In this document: piece by piece, positions 1 to 13,100 of the stretch | Position numbering within the stretch: position 1 is the stretch's first letter | Layout: every line of letters begins with the position of its first letter | Assembly: GCF_009914755.1 (NCBI RefSeq) | Contig: NC_060947.1 | Source of the DNA: the human T2T-CHM13v2.0 reference genome, Homo sapiens | Reading direction: 5' to 3' (one strand) | Length of the DNA: 64,000 nt | Notes under the pieces: model-generated | Database searches by the model: none | The model's input: the letters and a program-made list of their open reading frames with translations, nothing else | Told to the model about the DNA's origin: nothing | Translations under genes and position numbers: made by a program

Positions 1-474
1 TTTCTATACCGTGAATGTTTATATGTCATGAATAAACTCTTAGCTGAAGAATGTTTTAACAATAATTGGCTGAAAAACATAAACTTTTTTGAGCGCGGGG
101 GCAAAGCATGCATTAACAACATTAATCTGGGATGATGTTTCTAGAGTTTTGCTTAAAATATTAAATGGGTAGTAAATCCAAGAAAGCAAATCAAACAATG
201 CTTATTTGTAATAAAACAAAATTCCTTTCTATGGGTCAAGTTGAATTAAATAAAAATCCACATCTTCCATAAGAGAAATCTTTAAAACAAATAAAAATTA
301 AGCTGACACAGATTTAAAATAAAAAAAATCTTTTTTTTTTTAACAAACCTATTCTTAGCATCTGGTTATCACAATTTTTCGCATTAGTATGGAGCTGTTG
401 CTAACTTTTAAAGCACTTTTCTAATTATTATTTTCATAATTCTGAAGCATATAGAAATTTATAGTTTTAAAAGC

Positions 475-655
475 AATTTTACATAGATTATCTCACTTGA
501 TCCTTTTGAAATATTTTGTAAGGTTGTTGGGGATGATTCTATTATCCCTAATTTACAAATAAAGAAACCATTTAAATGAAGTTAAAGGGGTTGTATAAGG
601 TCATAGCTCAAAAATGACAGAGATGAGACAAGCTCAGATTTTCTGATTCTATCAC
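475..655 (-). mobile_element. MIR SINE fragment (degenerate)
   Basis: Resembles the MIR core: ttatccctaatttacaaataaagaaac...aagttaa...aaggtcatagct. Boundaries approximate. Confidence 0.55.
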
Positions 656-829
656 TAACTTTTTTTTGTGACTTTGAGAGAAGTCTCTCTGTATCTATTT
701 CCTCAACCATAAAATAAGGTGTTAGCCAAGATAATCCTTATGGTACTGTACAGTTCAAACCTCATGATTCTGTGATTTTTTTTGAGTTTTAAACTAGTCT
801 TTTCACTATGATATATATATTCAATTAAA

Positions 830-1131
830 ATTTTTTTGTGAGACAACTGTTGATTTTCACATCCATTTGTAAGAAATAATACAGAAATATTTGTTTTACT
901 CTTTGGCACTTTCCCACAAGATAACATTCTGCAATGTTGTGGCACAATACCATAGCCAGGATATTAGTATTGATACAATTTACCATTCTTATTTAGATTC
1001 CTCTAGTTTTATTCACACTCATTTATGTGTGTGTGTGTATAATGAATTCCATATTATTTTATTACATGTGTAGGTTTGTGTATGCACAAACAGAGTTAAA
1101 CACTGGTTTATTGTTGTTATTGTTAATGTGT
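830..1131 (-). mobile_element. Old L1M (L1MC/MD-like) 3' end fragment
   Basis: ttgtaagaaataatacaga...agccaggatattagtattgatacaat resembles old L1M 3'UTRs in antisense. Confidence 0.5.
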
Positions 1132-3277
1132 TGTATTAGTCTGTTTTCATGTTGCTAATAAAGACATACCCAAGACTGAGTAATTTTTAAAGGAAAGAGG
1201 TTTAATTGACTCACAGTTCCTCAGGGCTGGGGAAGCTTCAGAAAACTCATGATCATTGTGGAAGGGGAAGGAAAAATGTCCTTCTTTACATGGCGGCAGC
1301 AAGGAGAAGTGCAGGGTGAAGGAGGGAAAAGCCCCTAATAAAACGATTAGATCTCTTGAGAACTTACTCACTATTATGAGAACAGCAGCTTAGGGGTAAA
1401 CACCCCCATATCATTCTACTCCTGGATACTCCCAACTCTCATGTCCTACCATTCAGGCCTTACTAACAGTTCCCCAAATCAACTCATTCCAGGATTATCT
1501 CAAAACTCCAAGTCCAAAGTTTCATCTGAGACGAGGCAAATCCCTTCTGCCTATAAGCCTGTAAAGTCAAAAGCAAGTTAGTTACTTCCTAGACAAAATG
1601 GGGTACAGCCATTGGAACACACCTATTCCAAATGGGAGAAATTGGCTAAAACAAAGGGGCTACAGGACCCATGCAAGTCCAGAATCCATTAGGGCAGTCA
1701 TTAAACCTTAAAGTTCCAAAATAATCTCCTTTGACTGCTTGTTTTACCTCCACCACATGCTGATGCAAGAGGTAGTCTCCCATGGCCTCGGGAAGCTCCA
1801 CTTATGTGGCTTTGCAGGGTACAGTGCCCCTCTCGGCTGCTTCCATGTGCTGGCATTGAGTGTTGGTGACTTTTCCAGGTATATGGTGCAAGCAGTCAGT
1901 GGATCTACTATTCTGGGTTATGGAGGACAGTGGCTATCTTCTCACAGCTCCACTAAGCAGTGTCCCAGTGGGGACTCTGTGTGAGGGCTCCAACCCCACA
2001 TTTTTCCTTCCACACTGCCTTAGCAGAGGTTCTGCATGAGGGCCTCCACTCTGCAGCAAACTTCTACCTGGACATCCAGGCATTTCAATACATCCTCTGA
2101 AATCTAGGTGGAGGTTACACAACCTCAATTCTTGGCTTCTGTGCACCCACAGGCTTAACACCATGTGGAATCTGCCAAGGGTTGAGGCTTGCACCCTCTG
2201 AAGCCACAGCCTTAGCTGTACCTTGGCCCCTTTTAGCCACAGCTGGAGCAGCTGGAAAAGAGTACACCAAGTCCTGAGGCTGCACACAGCAGCAGGTCTC
2301 TGGACCCAGCCCAGTAAACCATTTTTCCCTCTTAGGACTCTGGGCCTGTAAAGGAAGGGGCTGCTGAGATGCCTCTGACATGCCCTGGAGGCATTTTCCT
2401 CATTGTCTTGGCAATTAGCATTTGGCTCCTCATTACTTATACAATTTTCTGCAGTAGGCTTGAATGTGTTTTTCTCTTCTACTGCATTCTCAGGCTGCAA
2501 ATTTTTCAAACTTTTATGCTCTGTCACCTCTTGAATGCTTTTTTGCTTAATTTTTTTTCTGCCAGATAACCTAAATCATCTATCTTTAGTTCAAAGTTCT
2601 ACAGATCTCTAGGGCAGGTTCAAAATGCCACCAGTCCTATGCTAAAACATAGCAATACCAACCTTTAGTCCAGTTTCCAAGTTCTTCATCTCCATCTGAG
2701 ACCACCTCAGTCTGGACTTTATTGTCCATATCACTATCAGCATTTTAGTCAAAGCCATTCAACAAGTCTCTAGGAAGTTCCAAACTTCCCCACATCTTTC
2801 TGTCTTCTGAGCCCTCCAAACTGTTCCTATCTCTTCTTGTTACCCAGTTCCACTTCCACATTTTCAGGTATCATTACAGCAGAATCCCACTCTACTGGTA
2901 CAAATGTACTGTATTATTTCTTTCTCTTGCTGCTAATAAAGGCATACCCACGACTGGGTAATTTATAAAGAAAAGAGATTTAATTGACTCACCGTTCCAC
3001 AGGGCTGGGGAGGCTCAAGAAACTTACAATCATGGAAATGGAAGCAAACATGTCCTTCTTCACATGGTGGCAGCCAAGGGAAATGCAGAATGAAGAGAGA
3101 AAATTCCCTTATAAAACCCATCAGATCTTGTGATAACTTATTATGACAAGAACACCATGGAGGTAACTGTCTCCATGATTCAATTACCTTCCACTGGGTC
3201 CTTCCCATGACATGTGAAGATTATGGGAACTACAGTTCAAGATGATATTTGCCTGGGGACACAGCCAAACCACATCA
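1132..3277 (-). mobile_element. THE1C-type MaLR element: LTR (1132-1413), internal region (1414-2909), LTR (2910-3277)
   Basis: Two similar LTRs (tgtatta...aataaa...gaggtttaattgactcac...atca), THE1-int between them, 5-bp TSD tgtgt (1127-1131) / tatgt (3278-3282). Confidence 0.92.
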
Positions 3278-4240
3278 TATGTCTTTGTCAGGCCTTGGTG
3301 TCGGATTAACACTGGCCTCATAAAGTGAATTTGGAAATGTTTCATCCTCTTCTATTTCTGGAATAGATTATGAAAAATTGTTGTTAATTTTTTTTTAAAT
3401 ATTTGTTGTGATGCTACACTGGAATAATGTGGACCTATAAGTTAGTTAGCTTTTCACAAGGGTTTTAATCATTAATTTATTGTATGGTCATCAGTCTATT
3501 CTGATTGTCTATTTTATCTTGGTTGACTTTTGGTAATATTTGGTTTTAGGGGAATTGATGCATTTTTTTCTGACTTACAAAATAAATAAGAATTTTTTTT
3601 CATAGTATTCCCTTATTACTGTGGCTGCAGGATCTCTAGTGATATCTTCTATTTTATTCCTGATATTAGTGATTTATTTGTCCTTCCTTTTTTGTCAGCC
3701 TTGCTAGAAGTTTATGAGTGTCTTTGATTCTTTCAAAGTATTAGCTTTTGTTTCATTAATTTTATTGATATTTTCTACATTGAATATTATTGTTTTCTGT
3801 TCTTATCTTCATTTTTCTCTTCCTTCAGCTTGCTTTAGATTTATTTTGGTTTATTGAGGTAATAAGTTGAATGAATATTTGAAAGCATTCCATGATTGCA
3901 ACGTAAGCATTTAGTGTTATAAAATTCCCTCTCAGCACTGACTTAGTTATATCTTCCATATTTTGATATGTTGTTGTTCTTCAATGTTTATATTTTTATT
4001 TCCTTTGTGACTTCCTCTTTCATGTTACTGATGTGTGTTTTTAAATAATATGATGTATGTTAATTTTCATGTAATTAGAGGCTGTTCTCTTGTCTCTGTT
4101 TTTGATTTCTAGTTTTATTCCATTGTGTTCAGAAAACACACTCTACATAATTTTGATTAAAAACATTGAGATATATTTTATGGACCAGAATAAAGTTTAT
4201 TTTGTGAAAAGTCCAAGGACCCTTTAAAAAATGCTATTCT
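3278..4240 (-). mobile_element. Old L1M ORF2 fragment, host of the THE1 insertion
   Basis: Antisense ORF2-like sequence, e.g. ctggcctcataaagtgaatttggaaatgtttcatcctcttctatt. Confidence 0.7.
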
Positions 4241-5280
4241 TCTACTGTCAAAAGTAATATACAGGTTCAATGTAATTTCTATCAAAATGCCAATGTCATT
4301 TTTCACAGAATTAGAAAAAACAATTCTATACTTGATATGGAATCAAAAAAGAGCCTGAATACCTAAAGCAATCCAAAGAATAAATCAAGCCTGGAGACAT
4401 GGGGCTCTCTCACTTATGAGGAAGAATAGTGGTTTTTGGTTTTCAGTTTCTGTAGTAGCTTGCTAAGGATAATGTCCTCCAGCTCCATTTGAAGTCCATC
4501 ACATTGCTGGAATTAAAATTTTACTACAATGCTATAGTAAACAGAACATCATGGTACTGGTATAAAACCAGACACGTAGATCAGGATAAAAGAATAGAGA
4601 ACCCTAAAATAAAGTTACATACTCCACCAACTGATCTTTGCCAATTCTACAAAAACATCCACAGGAAAAGGACATCCTTTTTAATAAATAATGATGAAAA
4701 AATTGGATTGCCACATGCAAAAGAATCAAACTCGACCCATATCTCTCACCACATACAAAAATCATTTCAAGATGTTTTCCATACTTGGATTTAAGACCTG
4801 AAACTAGGCCAGGTGAGTTCACTAACACGTGTAAACCCAACATTTTGGGAGGCTGAGGTGGAAAGATTGCTTGAGGCCAGAGATCAGCCTTAACACATAG
4901 TGAGACCCCCATCTCTACAAAATAAAAATAAAATAAAATAAAATAAAATAAAATAAAATAAAAATTAGCTGGGCATGGTAATGTGCAGGTGTAGTCCTGG
5001 CTACTTGGAAGGTTGAAGTGGAGGGATTGCTAGAGATCAGTAGTTCGAGGATGCAGTGAGCCATGATTGTGCCACTGTGCTTCAGCCTGGGCCACAGAGT
5101 GAGGTTCAGTCTCAAAAAAAACACAAAAAACAAAAACAGCAAACAAACAAAAAACTGGTAACTTTAAAAATACTAGAAAAAAATCTAAAAAAGGCTCATC
5201 TAGACATAGGCCTTGGCAAAAAGTATTTGAGTAAGAATTTATTACAGGTGACAAAATAAAAAATACACAAATGAGACTTT
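4241..5280 (+). mobile_element. L1 ORF2 C-terminal fragment, interrupted by a 99-bp insert and an Alu
   Basis: ORF 4489-4794 (YYNAIVNRTSWYWYKTRHVDQ) resembles L1 ORF2 YYKATVTKTAWYWY. Confidence 0.85.
4807..5153 (+). mobile_element. AluJ with middle A-rich linker expanded to (TAAAA)n
   Basis: Dimeric Alu with J-type gattgcttgaggccag, (taaaa)n at about 4918-4963 and an A-rich tail. Confidence 0.9.
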
Positions 5281-5284
5281 TTAA

Positions 5285-6128
<844 letters not shown>

Positions 6129-6129
6129 T

Positions 6130-7099
6130 CTTTTTTAACTTTTATTTTAAGTTCAGGGTTACACGTTTAGGATTGTTACATAGGTAAATTTGTATCATAG
6201 GGGTTTGTTGCACAGATTATTTCATCATCCAAGAATTAAGCCTAGTACTCATTAGTTATTTTTTCTGATCCTCTCACTCTTCCCACCCTCCACTCTCCAA
6301 TAAGCCCCAGTGTGTATTCTTCTCTATGTGTCCATGTGTTCTCATCATTTAGCGCCCACTTATAAGTAAGAACATGCAATATTTGATTTTCTGTTTCTGC
6401 GTTAGTTTGGTAGGGATAAAGGCCTCCAGCTCCATCCATATACCTGCAAAAGATATAATCTAATTTTTAAAATGGCTTCATAGTATTCCATGGTGTATAT
6501 GTACCACATTTTCTTTATCCAGTCTATCATTTTCGGGCATTTAGGTTGACTTCATGTCTTTGCTATTGTGAGTGGTGTTGCAATGAATATACACATACAT
6601 GTGTCTTTGTAACATAATTATTTATATTCCTTTGGGTATATGCCAGTAATGGGATTGCTGGGTTAAATGATATTTCTGTCTTTACACCTTTGAGAAATAG
6701 CCACACTGTCTTCCACAATGGCTAAATTAATTTACACTCCCCAAAACAGTGTATAAGCATTTATTTTTCTCCAAATCTTGCTAGCATCTGTTATTTTTTG
6801 ACTGATTAATAATAGCCATTCTGAATAGTGTAAGATGGTGTCTCATTATGGTTTTGATTTGTATTTCTCTAATGATTAGTGATACTGAGCTTTATTTCAT
6901 ATGATTGTTTTCCACGTGTATGTCTTCTTTTGAAAAGTCTCTGTTTATGTCATTTGTCCACTTTTTAAATGAGGTTGTTTTCTTTTTCTTGTACATTTGT
7001 GTAAGTTCCATAACAAATTAGGATATTAGACCTTAGTCAGATGCATAGTTTGCCAAACTTTTATCCCATTCTGTAGATCGTCTGATTATTTAGTTGACT

Positions 7100-7139
<40 letters not shown>

Positions 7140-10100
7140 GTAGAAGCTCTTTAGTTTAATTAGATCCCATTCATCAAATTTTGCTTTTTCTGCAATTGCT
7201 TTTGGTGTCTTCATCATGAAATCTTTGCCCATACCTATGTCCTGTATGGTATTGCCTAGGTCATCTTCAAGGGCTTTTATAGTTTTGGATTTTATGTTTA
7301 AGTCTTTAATTTATCTTGAGTTATTTTTTTATATGGTGTGAGGAAAGAGTCCAGTTTCAATCTTCTGCATATGGCTAGGTAGCTATTCCAGCACTATTTT
7401 TTAAATACAGAATTCTTTCCCCTTTGCTTGTTTTTGTCAGCTTTGTTGAAGATCAGATTGTTGTAGGTGTGCAGTCTTATTTCTGGTTCTCCACTCTGTT
7501 CCATTGGTCTATGTTTCTGTTCTTGTGCCAGTACCATGGTTACTGTAGCCCTGTAGTTAGTTTGAGGTTGGGTAGCGTGATGCTTCCAGCTTTTTTCCTT
7601 TTGCTTAAGATTCCCTTAGCTATTTGGGCTGTTTTTGGGTTTCATGTGAATTTTAAAATAGTTTGCTTTCTAGTTCTGTGAAGAATCTCCATGGTAGTAT
7701 AGTGAGAATAAAACTGAATCTACAAATTGCTTTGGGTAGTATGGCCATTTTAACAAAATTCTTTCTATCTGTGAGCATGGAATGTTCCTTCATTCTTTTG
7801 TGTCATCTCTAATTTATTTGAACAGTGGTTTTTAGTTTTCCTTGTAGAGTTATTTCACCTCCCTAGTTAGCTGTGTTCCTAGACATTTTTTTGTAGGAAT
7901 TGTGAATAAGAGTTTGCTCCTGACTTGACTGTTGTTGGTGTACAAGAATGCTAATGATTTTTGCACACTGATTTTGTATTCTGAGACTTTGCTGAAGTTG
8001 TTTGTCAGCTTAAGAAGCTTTTGGGCTAAGATTGAGGTTTTCCAGAAATAGAATTATGTCATCTGCAAATAAGGATAGTTATACTTACTCTCTGCCTGTT
8101 TGGATGCCCATTATTTATTTCTCTTTCCTGATTGCCCTGGCCAGGACTTCCAATACTATATTTGAATAAGAATGGTGAAAGAGGGCATCCTTGTCCTGTC
8201 CTCTTTTTCAAGGGGTATGCTTCCAGCTTTTTCCCATTCCATGTGATGTTGGCTGTGGGTTTGTCATATATGGTTCTCATTTTTTTGAAGTATGTTTCTT
8301 CAGTACATAGTTTATTGAGAATTTTAACATGAATGAATGTTGAATTTTATTGAAAGCCGCTTCAGCATCTATTGAGATAATCATGTGTTTTTGTTTCTAG
8401 TTCTGTTTATGTGATGAATCATATTTATTGATTTGTGTATATTGAACCAAGCTTGCATCCCAGGAATACAGCCTACTTGATAATGCTGGAAAAGCTTTTT
8501 GATGTGCTTCTTGATTTCATTTGCCAGTATTTTCTTAAGGATTTTTGCATCACTGTTCATCAAAAATATTGGTATGAAGATTTTTTTTCTTTTGTGTCCC
8601 TGCCAGGTTTTGCTATTGGGATGATGCTGTCCTCATAGAATGGTTTAGGAAGGAGTCCCTCTTTCTTAATATTTTGAAATAGTTTCAACAGTACCAGCTC
8701 TTCTTTGTGAAAGTTGTAGAATTCATTGTGAATCCATCTGGTCCTGGGCTATTTTGGGTTGGTAGACTATTTATTAATGACTCAACTTCAGAGCTCGTTA
8801 TTGGTCTGTTAAGGAAATAAATTTCTTCCTTGCTTAGCCTTTGGAGGGTATTTGTGTTCAGGAGTTTATTGATTTCTTCTAGAGTTTCTAGTTTGTGTGC
8901 AAATAAATGTGCATAATGTTCTCTGATGGTTATTTGTATTTCTGTGGGGTCAATGGTAATATCCACCTTGTCATTTCTGATTGTGTTTATTTTAATCTTT
9001 TTCTTTTCTATTTTATTAGTCTAGCTAGCAGTTTACCTGTTATATTAATGTTTTGAAAAAAACTGCTTCTGAATTTGTTGATCTTTTGGAGGTATTTTTG
9101 TGTTTCAATCTCCTTCAGTTCAGCTCTGACTTTGGTTATTTCTTGTCTTCTGCTAGCTTTTGGATTTGTTTGCTCTTGATTCTCTAATTCTTATAGTTGT
9201 GATGTTAGGTTGTTAACTTAAGATCTTTTCAAGTTTTAAAAGAGGGCATTTACTGCTATAAACAACCCTCTTAAAACTTCCTTTGCTATGTCCTAGAGAT
9301 TCTGGTATCTTGTAGCTTTGTTCTCAATAGTTTCAAAGAACTTCTTGATTTCTGTCTTAATTTTATTATTTGCCCAAATGTCATTCAGAACCAGGTCATT
9401 CAATTTCTATGTAATTGTATGATTTTGAGTGAATCTCTTAGTCTTGATTTCTAATATGATGGTATTGTTGTCCATGACACTGTTTGCTATTATTTTACTT
9501 ATTTTGCATTTGCTGAGGATTGTTTTACTTCTGATTATGTGATAGATTTTGAGTATGTGCAATGTGGTGATGAGAAGAATGTATATTCTGTTGTTTTGGG
9601 GTGGAGAGTTCTGTAGATATCTATCAGGTTCATTTGATCAAGTGCTAAGTTCAGCTCCTGAATGTCTTTGTTAATATTCTATCTCAATCATCTGTGTAAT
9701 ATTTTCAGTGGGGTGTTAAAATCTTCCACTATTATTGTGTGTGAGTCAAAGTTTCTTTGAAGGTCTCTAAGAACTTGCTTTATAAATGTGGGTGCTCCTG
9801 TGTTGGGTGTATATATATTTAAGATAGTTTGATCTTCTTGTGGAACCGAACCCTTTACCATTGTGTAATAAATGCCCTTATTTGCCTTTTTTTGATTTTT
9901 GGTTGTTTAAAGTCTGTTTTGTCAGAAACTGAGATTGCAACCCCTGCTTTTTTCTATTTTTCATTTTCTTGTAGATTTTTCTTCACTCTTTTATTTTGAG
10001 CTGATGTGTGTAATTGCATATGAAATGGGTCTCTTGAAGACAGCATACCAATGGGTCTTAGTTATTTATCCAGCTTGCCTCTCTGTAACTTTTAACTCAG

Positions 10101-13100
10101 GCATTTATCTAATTTCATTTAAGGTTAGTATTAATATGTGGGGATTTGATCTTGTCAACATGACATTAGCTGGTTATTTGCTGACTTGTTTATGTGGTTG
10201 CCTTATAGTGTCACTTGTATACACTTGTCTGTATACTTCAGTATGTTTTTGTAGTGGATGGTGACAATCTTTCCTTTCCACATTTAGTGCTTTTTTCAGC
10301 AGCGCTGGTAAGGCAGGTCTACTAATAACAAATTACCTCACTATTTGTTTGTCTGAAAATAATCTTATTTCTTTTTTTCTTGTGAAGCTTAGTTTGGCCA
10401 AATATAAAGTTCGAGGTTGGATTATTTTCTTTAAAAATGTTGAATATTGGCCCCCAATCTCTTCTGACTTTTAGGGTTTCAGCTGAGATGTCTGCTGTTA
10501 GTCTGATGGTCTTCCCTTTGTGTGTGACCTGGCCTTTCTCTCTAGCTGTCTTTAACATTATTTTTCTTTCATTTCAACTTGGAGAATCTGATGATTTCAT
10601 GGCTTGAGAATGATGTTTTTGTCAGGTATCTTACTGAACTTCTCTGAATTTTCTGAATTTAAATGTGTCCTCTCTAGCTAGGTTGAGGAAGTTCTCATGG
10701 GTGTTGTTCTAAAACATGTTTTTCAAGTTTGTTTTCTTCTCCTCATCTCTTTCAGGTACACCAATCTGTCATAGATTTTGTCTCTTTACATAATCCCATA
10801 TTTCTTGGAAGTTTTGTTCATTTCTTCTTATTCTTTTCTCTCTATTCTTGTCTGCCTGTATTATTTCAGAAATCAAGTCTTTGTGCTCTGAGATTTTATT
10901 TTCTGCTTGGTCTATCTGTTATTAATACTTGTGATTGCATTATAAAGTTATTGTAGTCTGTTTTTTAGCTCTATCCAGTCAGTTATGTTCTTCTCTTCAC
11001 TGACTATTTTATCTGTTAGCTCCTGCAATGTTTTATTATGACTTTTGGCTTCCTTGTATTGGGTTACAACATATTCCTGTAGCTCAATGAACTTTGTACC
11101 TATTCATATTCTGAATTCTATTTGTGTCATTTCGGCCATCTCAGCCTCAGCCCAGTTCTGAACCCTTGCTGGAGAGGTGATGCACTCATTTGTAGGAAAG
11201 AATACACTCTGGCCTTTTGAGTTTTCAGCATTCTTGTGCTAATTCTTTCTCACCTTTGTGGGTTTATATATCTTAATCTTTGAGTTTGCTGACCTTTGGA
11301 TGTCTTTTTTTTTCCTATTTAATAATATTGAGGGTTTGACTGTGATATGAAGTGGATTCAGTTGATTGCCTTCAATTTGGGGACATTTTTAGGGAGCCAA
11401 CAATCAGCTCCTAACTCCTGGACTGTGTTCTCTAACTCTGGGGGACTTGTATTAAGCCCAAACTTTGTTATCTGGCTTCTTGAGGTTTATAATCCACTGC
11501 CCTGGGAAGGGTGAAGTGTGGCAGCTGCAGCAGAGTGCTAGTGGTTGTGAAGGTGTCTGCTGCCCTGCAGGCTTTCCTGCCTCCCTGTGGGCATCCACCA
11601 TAGTGGCAGAGACAAGGAAGCTGTGGGGGAAGCAGGGGGCACCTGCTGAAAATTGTGGGTGCAGTTGTACTGGTGGTGGTGTTGGCTTAAGGTGGGGTGC
11701 TGCCTGGGACAGGTCTGGGAGCTTTCTCTAAATTTGAATGTTCTTTCTTTCACCATCTTTGCTGTTAAGTCACCCAAACAGCAAAGATGGTGGGCCACTT
11801 CTTCCCCTGGGGGCTCCATCAAGCAGGAGTGATTGGTCAGTTAGCACATGGGTGAGGCACTGGTGAGGATGAGGCTTACTGGCTTAATGCCCACCAATGT
11901 TCTATCTGCAATAGAAGTCAGTAGAGTGGGGGGCATACTGCACTCTCATTTGCTGGTGAGACAAGTAAAGCAAAACCTGCCTGTGCAGACATACACAAGC
12001 AATGTTACTTGGGGAGTTGCTGTGGGTTCTCGGGTAACTGCGGGCTCATGGGTAGCTGCAATATGGAGAAGGAATGTGCAGCTTGGTGCACAGCAATAGG
12101 GGCCATCTTGCTGGAGCTCTCCAACAGTCAGGTACATTCTGTCAGTGCAGAAGCTATGGTGTGTGTCCCTGGGGTACCTGTGACTACCCTTTAAGCAGGT
12201 ATGACCAGTCTGGGGATGTGATAGGGGCCAGCAGACCAAGGAGTGCTCAGGTCGAACCAGCCTCATCTGATGTGCAAAATTGTCCTGCAGAGATCAGGTC
12301 TGACAGTTCCCCTAGGGCTAAAGTGTCTCATGGGAGCAAGTCAAGCCTAGAGGATTGGCCATCCCTGGCCACACTTTGCTACCGATGCTTCCACACCAAA
12401 TCCTCTGGGATTCACATCAGCTGCCTTGCTGCCAAGGCCATTTTTCTTGTCTCTTAGGAAGTACACCCCAGAGAGATGCAAGTCAGCAATAGTTCAGTGC
12501 TATCAGCCCAGGATGGTGGGTCTGTGCTGTGGGTCCAAGTCAGGGGTTTTCTGTTTGGTGATGAGCAGTGGAGGGTGTGTGGGAGCCATGGGAGATAGAC
12601 TGGCCTCTCCTTGGGTTGACTCCAGCTTGTTGGAGTTGTGGACAAGGTACTTAGCATCTTTGCTCCTTCATTAGTCCGAGAGTAGCAAGGACAATTCCAC
12701 TGCAGAGGCAGTGGCAGAGAGGCTTTCAGTTGCCCCTGGAAGCTCTGACCAGGGAGTTGCTGAGTTGCTATTGGCTCAATAGCCCTGGTGGGGGCTGGCT
12801 AGAGATATGGGAATAGGCACCCATGTAAAAGTCTGGCCACTTTTCTGTAGGCTGCTGCAGTATGCTGAGGGTTTGCTCCAGTCCCTAGTCACCTTGGATT
12901 TCCCAGTACCTAGACATATCACCACTGATGGCTGTGAAACAGCAAATATGGCAGCCTGCCCCCACTCTGGGAGCTCTGTCCCAGGGAGATCTCACCTAGT
13001 GAGGAGGAATGGAGTCAGAGACCTGCTTAAAAAAGCAGCCTGTCCGTGTTTTCATAGGGCAGCTGTGCTGTGCTGGGGGTCCATTTTAGCCCCTGGTTGG

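Noticed and set aside
1934-2527. 197-aa ORF, the longest in the window
   Set aside because: Lies within THE1 internal sequence; a decayed MaLR remnant with no evidence of being a host gene.
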